This document shows, piece by piece, positions 41,947-51,670 of a stretch of 64,000 bases of DNA. The DNA comes from Candidatus Poriferihabitaceae bacterium (lineage in GTDB: Bacteria; Pseudomonadota; Gammaproteobacteria; Arenicellales; Poriferihabitantaceae): contig OZ241969.1 of the NCBI GenBank assembly GCA_965204165.1, forward strand, positions 4,836,997 through 4,900,996. The letters are read 5' to 3'. Both the position numbers and the translations under genes were made by a program. The first letter of the stretch is position 1. Each line of letters begins with the position of its first letter. The notes under the pieces were generated by a model. That model was not told where the DNA came from. It saw only the letters and a list, made by a program, of their open reading frames with translations, and did not search any database.

Positions 41947-43735
41947 TAGTGTCCGGCAGAAAACCCATAAATTGCTGATTGGAAAGGCGTAATCGGGAAA
42001 TCGGCGTGATGAAGATGTCCCGGATTCATCGGCTGGATGGTAAAATCATGGGGAATTTGCTGGTTTTTCCCGAATCTTCGCCCTGGTCCCTACCCGATGA
42101 GACATACCCTCCATCCCCAACTGGAGATCGGCGCATGCCAGATTGCCGATATCCGGATCGACCCGAAATCCCGGGACGATATCCCCGCGCTCCTGATCGG
42201 CCTGCAGCATCTGTATACCGACGAGTCATTGCGCAACCGTCTGTTCGACCTGCTGGAGCGCGAGGTTCTGCCGGATGTGGACCTGGACACTGGCAGGCCG
42301 GGGATGCACTTGTGGTCGATTCTGGTGATGGCGATCCTGAAGCAGGGACTGAACTGCGACTTCGACCGTCTTGAGGGACTGGTGAACCACTATGACGTGA
42401 TCCGCCAGATGCTGGGGCACAGTGTGTACTCGGACGAGAGTTATTCGGTGCAGCAGATCAAGGACAACGTCAGCCTGCTGACGCCGGGGGTGCTGTCGAA
42501 GGTTGGAGAACTGGTGGTGGAATCGGGCCACCGGGTGTCAAAAAAAAAGCCTGGAGACTGGTTGCGCGGTCGGTGTGATTCCTTCGTGGTGGAAACGGAT
42601 GTGCATTACCCGACGGATACGGGTCTGTTGTGGGATGCGCTGCGCAAGTTGCTTGGCCTGATGCAGGAGGCGGCCCTGGAGGACGGGGTTTCGGGGTGGC
42701 GCCAGGCGAAGGACCGGCGCAGGAAGCTGAAGCGCCTGTTCAACGGGGTTCGACGGGCGCGTGATGCGCACGGCCGCCCGGAGCGGGTGAAGGGTTTTCT
42801 CGATGCCGCCCGGCAATTGATTGCCCAGGCCGATGGCACTTTGGATGTTCTTGCCGGGATGGCAAGGGTGGAGTGCCGGCTGGTTCGGATGAACCGGATC
42901 CGGCAGTATCTGTGGTATGCCGCCCGGCTTTCGGACCAGGTGGACCGTCGGTTGCTGCGGGGGGAGACGATTCCCCAGGGCGAGAAGATCTACTCGATCT
43001 TCGAGCCCCATACGCGCTGGATCTCGAAGGGGAAGGTGGGCCGGCCGGTGGAACTGGGGGTTCCGGTCTGCGTTCTGGAAGACCAGCACGGCCTGCTGCT
43101 GCACCATCGGGTGATGTGGAAGGAAAGCGATGTGGAGATCGCGGTGCCGATGGTGGAGGAGGCCAGGGGGAAGTATCCGGACCTGGGGCTTTGCAGTTTC
43201 GACAAGGGGTTTCACAGTCCGGAGAATCGCCGTTGCCTGGATGAATTGCTGGAGGACAATGTCCTGCCCCGCAAGGGCCGCTGGACGCGGGCTGACCGGG
43301 TGCGTGAGACGGGCTCCGTGTTCCGGGCGGCCCGGCAACAGCATCCGGCGATCGAGTCGGCGATCCACAATCTGGAGCACCGGGGTCTGGACCGTGTGCG
43401 CAGCCATGGCGTGGAGGGGTTCGAGCGGACGGTGGCGCTGTCGATACTGGCATGCAACGTGCATCGCGTCGGACGGATGATCCGGGACAGGGCCCGTGAG
43501 GCCGAGCGGCGACGACGGGCGGCATGACGGATCGGCTTTCGTCAGCTGAAGTTGAAAGTCCCGCCCCGACAGGGTGGGCATGGAGCCCAATGTCCGGAAT
43601 CAGGCCGAAACGCCCTGACAATCAATTCCCTCTACTGTTTCCCGGAAATCCATAGAGTCACTCAATGACTGGATGCTGGCGAAATATTTTCACGCCGGGA
43701 ATCCGTCGGAAATCGGGGTTTTCTGTCTGACACTA
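41947..43735 (+). mobile_element. IS element (IS5-related/ISNCY)
   Basis: IR TAGTGTC.G.CAGAAAACCC at both ends. Confidence 0.85.
42097..43527 (+). CDS. DDE transposase (IS5-related/ISNCY)
   Basis: GRPG, CDSFVVETDVHYPTD, KIYSIFEPH, SFDKGF, AIESAI. Confidence 0.88.
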   Translation: MRHTLHPQLEIGACQIADIRIDPKSRDDIPALLIGLQHLYTDESLRNRLFDLLEREVLPDVDLDTGRPGMHLWSILVMAILKQGLNCDFDRLEGLVNHYDVIRQMLGHSVYSDESYSVQQIKDNVSLLTPGVLSKVGELVVESGHRVSKKKPGDWLRGRCDSFVVETDVHYPTDTGLLWDALRKLLGLMQEAALEDGVSGWRQAKDRRRKLKRLFNGVRRARDAHGRPERVKGFLDAARQLIAQADGTLDVLAGMARVECRLVRMNRIRQYLWYAARLSDQVDRRLLRGETIPQGEKIYSIFEPHTRWISKGKVGRPVELGVPVCVLEDQHGLLLHHRVMWKESDVEIAVPMVEEARGKYPDLGLCSFDKGFHSPENRRCLDELLEDNVLPRKGRWTRADRVRETGSVFRAARQQHPAIESAIHNLEHRGLDRVRSHGVEGFERTVALSILACNVHRVGRMIRDRAREAERRRRAA

Positions 43736-44061
43736 CCTAGTGTAACGTCATGCCTCATGTATCGGATAGAGGCGTTCCAATCTCAGACGTGCATCCTCAG
43801 TAGTGAACTGCTAATCCACCTTGGCCTGGATCCGATCTCGTAAGTCTTGTCAGTCAGCGACCCCACCGGCAAGGACATCTACGCTGTCGATGCGCCCATT
43901 CAGGCATTGGTGGTTCATCACGTTGGGTTCGTCCGAGGCGACCGGAACACTGGCACCCCCTTGAGGCAGCGACATTGCTGATCCAGAATTCCTGTGATAA
44001 TCGGGAGCAGCCTCGATCGAACCGCACGTGTTGGACAGGAAGCTTACGTTGGAGCGTTGAT

Positions 44062-44090
44062 TTGATATTATATTAGTATAATATTACAAT
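44062..44090 (+). promoter_or_regulatory. promoter TTGATA-17-TACAAT with palindromic operator
   Basis: ATATTATA-TTAG-TATAATAT palindrome (44065-44084) spans the spacer. Confidence 0.55.
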
Positions 44091-44117
44091 ACAACAAAAA
44101 TATACTTCCTGAATACC

Positions 44118-44342
44118 ATGTCAATATCAAAGACGCCCCAAAGGAAAGACGCTAGGGATATAGAATTAGATAAGATTATCGAGAAAGGCGACGAACGACC
44201 CGGTCGGCGTACAGTGCAGATTTCGTTATCGATTCCAACCAAACTTCTAGATGCGATCGACGAAAGGGCGCAAAATCTTGGGATCTCGAGAGCGGCATTG
44301 ATAAAACAGGCCAGTGCGCTTTTCCTTGAAAATAATCAATGA
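44118..44342 (+). CDS. CopG/RHH transcriptional regulator
   Basis: QISLSIPTKLLDAIDERAQNLGISRAALI RHH pattern. Confidence 0.8.
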   Translation: MSISKTPQRKDARDIELDKIIEKGDERPGRRTVQISLSIPTKLLDAIDERAQNLGISRAALIKQASALFLENNQ

Positions 44343-44366
44343 ACAAAAATCTACTTAGGACAATCA

Positions 44367-45266
44367 ATGAGCAAATTACCACACCCAATTCCATACCAGG
44401 GAAGCAAACGCAGACTGGCACCAATAATTTCCAGATATCTACCTGAAAATATAGCGACATTTTACGAACCCTTTGCTGGCTCTGCCGCGATGACGATTTA
44501 TGCCGCATACCACAGGCTAGCCAAAAAATTTATCGTAGCCGACAGTCTTGAACCGATTGTGATTCTCCTCCGCTCTATTGTGGAAAATCCTGAGAAAACT
44601 GCTTCCGAATATCGTCAAGTCTGGGAGGGGCAGCAGGAAACCGGCCATGGTTTCTTCAATGAAGTTCGTGAACGCTACAATGCAGAGAGAGATCCGATTG
44701 ATTTGTTGTACCTAATCTGTCGCTGCGTCAAGAATTCAGTACGTTTTAACAGTAGGGGGAACTTTACGCAATCTGCGGACAAGCGTCGTCTCGGGATGCA
44801 CCCAGATAAGATGCGGACAGCAGTGTTGGGAGTTTCATCGATACTTCAAAATAGGGTCGAGTTTCGTTTCGGTGACTGGCTGGAAACGTCAGCGGATGCG
44901 AAGCCCGGGGACTTCCTATACATGGACCCACCATACCTCGGTACGTCCATTGGTCCAGACAAGCGCTATCACCAGCAACTAATGCAAGAAGACTTGGTTG
45001 CCGGTCTTGAGAATCTACGACAGCGGAAGGTGCCTTTCGCATTGTCATATGACGGAATGACTGGTGAGCGTGAGTATGGACCTCCTCTGCCTGACGAACT
45101 TGGACTTACTCGCTTATTGCTCTACGCCGGAACTTCCTCTCAGGCAACTCTTTCAGGACGCCATGAGAAGACGGTTGAAAGTTTGTATGTCACTCCCGGC
45201 CTTGCGGAGCCGGTAAATGGTGTGATCCGAATGACACCTGAACAGGTTAGCCTAGAATTTCGATAG
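44367..45266 (+). CDS. N6-adenine DNA methyltransferase (D12/Dam class)
   Basis: YQGSK, EPFAGS (motif I), DPPY (motif IV). Confidence 0.93.
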   Translation: MSKLPHPIPYQGSKRRLAPIISRYLPENIATFYEPFAGSAAMTIYAAYHRLAKKFIVADSLEPIVILLRSIVENPEKTASEYRQVWEGQQETGHGFFNEVRERYNAERDPIDLLYLICRCVKNSVRFNSRGNFTQSADKRRLGMHPDKMRTAVLGVSSILQNRVEFRFGDWLETSADAKPGDFLYMDPPYLGTSIGPDKRYHQQLMQEDLVAGLENLRQRKVPFALSYDGMTGEREYGPPLPDELGLTRLLLYAGTSSQATLSGRHEKTVESLYVTPGLAEPVNGVIRMTPEQVSLEFR

Positions 45267-45971
45267 TTTCTTGAGTAACGCCGCCACCGTCGTGTCCTCG
45301 TGCTCAGCACGGGCTCGAAGTCTTTCAAAAGAATCGACTTCAGAACCGCGCCACTCAACATCAATTCTACGAATTTGCTCTCCCGCAACATGTGTATAGT
45401 TCTCTGGAAAAGCCCAAAAGCACGTTCGACAAACCGCTTCGCTTTGTTCGTTCTTCCAGTTACTACATTGTTCACATGACCAAGATTTCGCTCGCTGACT
45501 CGATCCATCAAGAAGCATATACTCCTCAAGGTTGTCCATGTCATCTGAGTCGTCACCGGCAACCTCGTAGGGCACCCGGTGATCAATTTGGAGATATCGT
45601 GCTTCCAACTTTTCGCCGGTAATTGCATCCCTAGAACCGTACCGCTCAATTAATGCGTTACGGAAAGGTTTAGAGAATGCTTTGCGACCGCCTATTCTTC
45701 CACGTTTTATCTTATCCGGATCCCCGAATCGATACGCCCCGATCTTTCGCCCAGTCCGCGTGCTGTTAATTTTGAAAGTATCGATCGGTACCCCATGATC
45801 TCGCACATCACGCACCGCCCGAGGCGGGTGGTCGTACCCATATTGGGTTTGTAATTCCTCGGTAGTGACATAGCCATGCTGCAAGATATGGTCAATTACA
45901 GTGCGAGGGCGCTTGGCAGTCACCTTCTCACATAGCTCAAGGATTCGGGGATGAACTTTGCTATTCGACAT
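45252..45971 (-). CDS. HNH restriction endonuclease, SphI/NspI-like
   Basis: GYDHPPRAVRD, LQIDHRVPY, RAKSWSCEQCSNW, CRTCFWAFPENYTHV recall the SphI family; convergent with the MTase. Confidence 0.8.
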   Translation of the reverse strand: MSNSKVHPRILELCEKVTAKRPRTVIDHILQHGYVTTEELQTQYGYDHPPRAVRDVRDHGVPIDTFKINSTRTGRKIGAYRFGDPDKIKRGRIGGRKAFSKPFRNALIERYGSRDAITGEKLEARYLQIDHRVPYEVAGDDSDDMDNLEEYMLLDGSSQRAKSWSCEQCSNWKNEQSEAVCRTCFWAFPENYTHVAGEQIRRIDVEWRGSEVDSFERLRARAEHEDTTVAALLKKLSKF

Positions 45972-46442
45972 TCTTATACAGTGCCGCACGACAGTTTCCC
46001 CGTCGAGCGATACTTACTCTTCATATTTTTCAGAAATCTACACTACAACAATCATTTAACGCTCGCTCTGCTTATCCCATTTTTATCTTAAGCCTCTTGA
46101 TCAAAGCGCCATACATCACCTCAGTGACAGCGATGGAAGGCGAACTTCCTTGTAACAAAAGCTTTCGATAGTGTCGAGAAGTTATTTTCGACAGATTTCC
46201 GTCAATAACCGCCATTTAGACGATTTAACGAGTTCAACGGATGGAGATATAGACATTTGATACTTTAAAATGTTTATTATTATATTTATATTATTCATTT
46301 TACGTTCATTATTCTTATTATATTCATATTTTAATTGTAACTACTCACCCCTTATTTGCCCCATATCCCATCTGTAGGTTGACAGTATAGAATATTTTCC
46401 CTATCGTTCGGGTTTCGGACCACGAGACGAACCCGCACACAG

Positions 46443-47132
46443 ATGGGGAACCGCTATTTCGGCTCCAAGGGAGCTTCGGGGCTGTGCCAGCCTCTGATCG
46501 CCCTGATGCCGCCGCACTCGGTGTATATCGAAACCCACCTTGGCGGTGGGGCGATCATGAAGCGCAAGCCGGGGGCCCTGCGGAACATCGGCATAGACTG
46601 CAACGCCAGGGCGCTGGAAGGATTCCAGTGCGACTATCCGGTGGAACTGGTGCATGGCTGCTGTCACCGGTATCTCCGGACGTTTCCGTTTGACGGCACG
46701 GAACTGGTCTACTGCGACCCGCCGTATCTGCAAAGTACGCGCAAGTCGGGCCGCCGCTACCGGCACGACTACAGGAACAGCGACCACGAGGGCTTGCTGG
46801 CGCTGATCCGCGGCCTTCCCTGCTCGGTGATGATCTCGGGGTATCCTTCGCGGATGTACGACGACTGGCTGGGGGATTGGGGCAGCGTGTCGCTTCAGGT
46901 GATGAACCAGGCGGGTGTGGTGACGGAGAAGGTGTGGTTCAACTTCACGCCGGACCGGGTTCACTGGCCGCGTTATGCGGGCCGGAACTTCACCCATCGC
47001 CAGGCGGTGAAGCGCAAGGCCCAGAGTTGGGGCCGGCGCTACCGGGGGATGCCGCATGGGGAACGCCTGGCGGTGCTGTCGGCGATGATGGCGGTGGAGG
47101 CGGAGGAGGCCGTGGAGGCGAGGGAGGAGTGA
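46443..47132 (+). CDS. DNA adenine methyltransferase-like protein
   Basis: YFGSK, YIETHLGGGA, YCDPPY, MISGY, TEKVWFNF. Confidence 0.85.
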   Translation: MGNRYFGSKGASGLCQPLIALMPPHSVYIETHLGGGAIMKRKPGALRNIGIDCNARALEGFQCDYPVELVHGCCHRYLRTFPFDGTELVYCDPPYLQSTRKSGRRYRHDYRNSDHEGLLALIRGLPCSVMISGYPSRMYDDWLGDWGSVSLQVMNQAGVVTEKVWFNFTPDRVHWPRYAGRNFTHRQAVKRKAQSWGRRYRGMPHGERLAVLSAMMAVEAEEAVEAREE

Positions 47133-47136
47133 ATCC

Positions 47137-48594
47137 ATGGGGACGGTGAACCGGGTTGCGCTGCGCGAGGAGTTCGATGCGCACCGGGAGAGTTTCCGGT
47201 CACTGTGCAGGGAGGGCAAGGTCAGCGCGGAATGCGAGGTGCTGTTCAACGCCCTGTTGATGCTGATGGAGTTGATGATGGCGGTGTTCATGGAAAAGAC
47301 CACCCGCAAGACGCCGGTGAACGCGAGCCTGCCGCCGTCCCGTGAGGGGAAGGATGAGACCGCGGCACGCCCCGGGAGCCGTGGCAGGGGACCGGAGCAG
47401 CCGCACTGGGAAACGGGCCATACCCGTCTGGTGAGTGAAACCGGGGTATCCCCGGTGACGGAATGTTCGGCCTGCGGCAGGAACCTGGTGCGGGTACGGT
47501 GCGAGGGCCATGAGCGTCGCACCCTGGTGGACATCGTGTTCGAGACCCGGGAATACCACGTGGATGCCGAGATCAAGACCTGTCCGCGCTGCCATGCCGA
47601 GAACCGGGGCGCCTTTCCGGACGGCCTGCCGGGTCCGCTGCAGTACGGACACGGCATCATCGCGTTCGCCGCCCACCTGATGGTGGCGCAGATGGTGCCG
47701 CTGAAGCGTGTGGTCCAGACCATGAAGGCGATGACGGGACGGGCCATTGCCGAGGCGACCCTGCTGGCCTGGCTGCTGCGCCTGCACGATGCCCTGGCGG
47801 ACTGGGAGGCTGCCGCCGTCGAGTGCCTGCTGGCCGCGCCGGCGCTGCATGTGGACGAGACCTCGATCCGCATCGACCGCAAGAACCACTGGCTGCACGA
47901 CTGCAGCGCCGGAGACCTCACCCTGAAGTTCTGCCACCCCAAGCGGGGCGGCGAGGCGATCCGGGACATCGGCATCATCCCCCGGTACGGCGGCGTCCTG
48001 GTCCATGACCGCTGGGCCAGCTATCTTGCCTGTGACCACTGCGACCACGCCCTGTGCGGCGGCCACCTCCTGCGGGATCTGCAGTTCCTCATCGACGCCC
48101 ATGATCCGGCCTGGGCGAGGCGGATGAAGAAACTGCTCCGGGACGCCGCCCGCAAGGTCAGGGAAAGCCCGGACAAGGTGCTGTCCGCAAAAGAATGCGC
48201 CGCCCTGCAAAAGCGCTACCGGACCATCCTGACCCAGGGGAAGAAGGAACTCCCGGCAACCCCTGTGCGCACCGGCGGGAAAAAGCGCGGGCGCATCGCG
48301 AAATCCGACGCGGAGAACCTGTGGGAGGCCATGGGAAAGCATGAAACCGAAGTCCTGCGGTTCGCCAGGGACCCCGCGGTCAGCTTCACCAACAACCTGT
48401 CCGAAAGGAACCTCCGGATGGCCAAGGTCAAGCAGAAAGTGTCCGGCTGTTTCCGTACATACAAATACGCCGTCGCATGGTGCCGGGTCTCAAGCTATCT
48501 GCTGTCCATGTCCTATCAGGGTTACAATCCTCTTGCCGCCATCGAGATCGCTCTCAAGGGAAAGGCCGCCCACATGCTCAAGACACCTGAATGA
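47137..48594 (+). CDS. IS66 family transposase (single-ORF type)
   Basis: NASLPPS, Zn finger CSAC/CPRC, HVDET, VHDRW, TNNLSERNLR, KQKVSGCFR. Confidence 0.93.
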   Translation: MGTVNRVALREEFDAHRESFRSLCREGKVSAECEVLFNALLMLMELMMAVFMEKTTRKTPVNASLPPSREGKDETAARPGSRGRGPEQPHWETGHTRLVSETGVSPVTECSACGRNLVRVRCEGHERRTLVDIVFETREYHVDAEIKTCPRCHAENRGAFPDGLPGPLQYGHGIIAFAAHLMVAQMVPLKRVVQTMKAMTGRAIAEATLLAWLLRLHDALADWEAAAVECLLAAPALHVDETSIRIDRKNHWLHDCSAGDLTLKFCHPKRGGEAIRDIGIIPRYGGVLVHDRWASYLACDHCDHALCGGHLLRDLQFLIDAHDPAWARRMKKLLRDAARKVRESPDKVLSAKECAALQKRYRTILTQGKKELPATPVRTGGKKRGRIAKSDAENLWEAMGKHETEVLRFARDPAVSFTNNLSERNLRMAKVKQKVSGCFRTYKYAVAWCRVSSYLLSMSYQGYNPLAAIEIALKGKAAHMLKTPE

Positions 48595-48951
48595 CCTTCA
48601 GGTGCTCCACAGGGGGCTAGTAGTTACTTTTAATTTACACTATTTATGGCATATTTCTCTGTATATCGTTTTTTATCCATATTGGAATCAGAAAATGCCT
48701 GAAAAAGCAAATACAATCCATCCGGAAGCTCTTCGAGTTACCCGCAAGCGTAAAAACATGACCCAAGAAAAACTGGCGGAAGCACTGAAGTGCAGCAAGG
48801 ATACCGTCAGCCGTTGGGAACGTGGCACCACCCTCCAAGTGCGGCCACGTCTTCGGGATGCATTGTGCGTCGTGCTCCGGGTGAAATGGGAAAAACTCTC
48901 CGAGCCACCCGATGAAACCGAAGACCCCTGGGTCAGGACGAAGCAGATATC

Positions 48952-50570
48952 CAGCAATTCCCGCTGGTTTAAAAAGTCAAGCAAATACAAGGTGATAGAG
49001 AGATACGGAAAAAACTTTTTCGTAAAGTTTTTCAGGAATTCTGGTATCATACAGTTCCAATTTCATGAACCAGGTGAAATTGGATGCGTGAACCATCAAA
49101 TCGCAAACACTTGAGCGCACAGGGATTGCTGCAGTCGATCCGGTCGAGTTTCGAGGAGATTCCGGACACGAAGCGCACCCGCAAGTTCCCGTTGTCGGAC
49201 GTCATGATGTCGGCGCTGGCGATGTTCGGTCTGAAATATCCATCGCTGCTGCAGTTCGAGCGGTCGCAGTCCGAGGAAGCGGTGCGGCACAATCTGAAGC
49301 ATCTGTACGGGGTGGCGCAGGCGCCGAGCGACACGTACATGAGGGAACGGCTGGACGAATTGGACCCGGGGGTGTTCGAGCCGGTATACAAGCGGCTGTT
49401 TGCGCTGCTGCAGCGGGGCAAGGGTCTGGAGGGTTTCGAGGTGCTGGACGGCCGCTATGTGCTGTCGGTGGACGGCACCGGGCTGTTCTCCTCGCAGAAG
49501 GTGCATTGCGCGCACTGCTGCAGCAAGCATCATCGTGACGGTCGGGTGACGTACTATCACCAGTTGCTCGGTGCGGTGCTGGTGCATCCGGACTGCCGCG
49601 AGGTGATCCCCCTGATGCCAGAACCGATCCTGAAGGGGGACGGATCCGGCAAGAACGACTGTGAGCGGAATGCCGCAAGGCGGCTGCTGAAGCGTGTCCG
49701 TCGCAACCATCCGCATTTGCGGTTGCTGGTGGTTGAAGATGGCCTGGCCTCGAACGGTCCGCACATCCGGCTGCTGGAGTCACTGGACATGCGCTATGTG
49801 CTGGGTGCGAAGGAAGGGGACCACCGGTTTCTGTACGACTGGGTGTCGAAGACCCGGGGCGTTCCGGAACATGAGTGCCGGGACGGGCAGGGGGTAGTGC
49901 ATCGCTTCCGGTATCTGAACCGGGTGCCGTTGAACGACGACCACTTTGATCTGGAGGTGAACTTCCTTGAGTACCGGGAGCACCGTCCCGGGGGCAAGGT
50001 GCAGCGCTTTTGCTGGGTCACCGATATCCCGATCGACGAATCGAACCTGATGGAGTTGATGCGGGCCGGCCGGGCCCGCTGGAAGATAGAGAACGAAACC
50101 TTCAACACGCTGAAGAACCAGGGTTACGGCCTGGAACACAATTATGGTCACGGCAACAAGCACCTGTCGACGGTGCTGATGCACCTGATGATGCTGGCGT
50201 TTCTGGTGGACCAGATCCAGTTGCGCTGCTGTGCCGTATTCAATGCGGCACACCAGGCCATGTACAGCCGCGCCGCGCTGTGGCGCAAGATGAGGGGCCT
50301 GTTCAGCCTGTTCCTGATAGACAGTTGGGAGAAACTGTATCAGGTCATTGCGCGGGGGTACAAAAACAATCCCGCGCTGCCTGAACCGCCCTGAATCACG
50401 CCGTGACCGGCGGGTGTTCAGGTCGATTCTTCAGCGTTTACCGACCCGATGAGTTCTACAGCCCCAGTGGTGGCTGTAACGACCGCTGCGCCCCGATCCC
50501 TTTAAAACCACAACCTCCTGCGGATCACACTCCCTGACACAATGGAGCTAACCCTTAGCGGGAATTGCTG
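48952..50570 (+). mobile_element. ISNCY (ISDol1-like) element, divergent relative of 38468-40087
   Basis: Same IR CAGCAATTCCCGC; 9-bp TSD GCAGATATC. Confidence 0.93.
49084..50394 (+). CDS. DDE transposase (ISNCY/ISDol1-like)
   Basis: SVDGTG, KNDCERNAA, RWKIENETFNTLKNQGY. Confidence 0.92.
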   Translation: MREPSNRKHLSAQGLLQSIRSSFEEIPDTKRTRKFPLSDVMMSALAMFGLKYPSLLQFERSQSEEAVRHNLKHLYGVAQAPSDTYMRERLDELDPGVFEPVYKRLFALLQRGKGLEGFEVLDGRYVLSVDGTGLFSSQKVHCAHCCSKHHRDGRVTYYHQLLGAVLVHPDCREVIPLMPEPILKGDGSGKNDCERNAARRLLKRVRRNHPHLRLLVVEDGLASNGPHIRLLESLDMRYVLGAKEGDHRFLYDWVSKTRGVPEHECRDGQGVVHRFRYLNRVPLNDDHFDLEVNFLEYREHRPGGKVQRFCWVTDIPIDESNLMELMRAGRARWKIENETFNTLKNQGYGLEHNYGHGNKHLSTVLMHLMMLAFLVDQIQLRCCAVFNAAHQAMYSRAALWRKMRGLFSLFLIDSWEKLYQVIARGYKNNPALPEPP

Positions 50571-51236
50571 GCAGATATCCGTCAATATGGACCTGCGAAA
50601 CTCATTGCAACTTGTAGCGGAAAGGTACGGTGTTCGTCTGCAGAATGTTCTGGAGATCGCTCCTCTTTTATTTGTCATCGTTGCAGAGCGAAGCCTTATG
50701 TGGCGCCAGAAACGGCTCAAGGAGATTTCCGCCGTGTGGAACGAGGCGGAAGGTGCATTGCTGAACAGGAGCGGCCACTTGGGTGGAGTCATCGCTGCCC
50801 GCAGCGTGTCAGCGGAAGAACAGTTGCAGGAAGAGGAGAAATCCCTGGAACGTAGAGACGTGTTCGGGCGTGATATCGATTACCTACAATGGACTGAGGA
50901 CAATGAGGGACCATTCCTCCATTATGTTCGTGAACTCATGAAGGGCCTCCCGGAAGGGGCCGTTACAGACATCGAGTCCTTCAACGGTGACACGATTGGT
51001 GCATTCGATATTGCAATCGATACCCTGGAAAAATGCACTGGATTGTCCAGGGACAACGAGGAGGACCGCCCCGTAATTGGCCATATCCGTCTCGGACTCA
51101 TAGATCTCAGCGAATGCATGCGTGTCAGGCGAGACAGGGATGAATCCAGCTATCGCCAATGGCTCTCGGATGAGCTGGAGCGAATCAAGGAGGAACTGGG
51201 TGAGGATGTTTTTCCACTGGACGGAGACCTGTACTC

Positions 51237-51506
51237 ATGAAAAAGAGCCAACACATCAGAACCCGCTGCCAGCAACGCGGGATCCCAGAGGACGGTCCGG
51301 ACCTCATCGCCTATTTCGGCACGGAAACATCGGATGGCGTGATACTGACCGGCAAGGATATTTCGGATGCCGAGAGGGAGATGAAACGAATAATGAACCG
51401 CCTATCGAAACTGAAGGATGTTTTCATACCCATAGACGGCACAACTATGAAAACGGCCTACCGGGTGGACAGGCGCCGAAGGCGTCTCCAGACCGGTAGA
51501 TGGTAG
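51237..51506 (+). CDS. DUF4258-like small protein
   Basis: SQHIRTRCQQRGI...KTAY pattern; ATGA overlap with the XRE gene. Confidence 0.55.
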   Translation: MKKSQHIRTRCQQRGIPEDGPDLIAYFGTETSDGVILTGKDISDAEREMKRIMNRLSKLKDVFIPIDGTTMKTAYRVDRRRRRLQTGRW

Positions 51507-51670
51507 TTTGACAGGGGATGAGAAATTTGAAATGTAGAAGTGCTATGGTGCCTGAATAAAGCTATGGGAGTAACAGCCTGGAATAGGCGGTATTGTTGCA
51601 TTCATCAATTGTAGAAGTCGGCACTTGATCTAACAGTTACCGGTTTGATGGGGCGACTGTCAGTTGAAGT

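Larger units (their letters stand above)
46337..48627 (+). mobile_element. IS66-family element carrying a methyltransferase passenger gene
   Basis: IR GTAACTACT/AGTAGTTAC; perfect 8-bp TSD TTTTAATT. Confidence 0.92.
48695..51240 (+). pseudogene. XRE-family HTH regulator split by an ISNCY element
   Basis: MTQEKLAEALKCSKDTVSRWERG HTH; removing the IS and one TSD restores a 305-aa ORF. Confidence 0.85.

Noticed and set aside
42540-42549. A9G slippery site in the IS5-related transposase
   Set aside because: The ORF reads through in frame, so no frameshift is needed.
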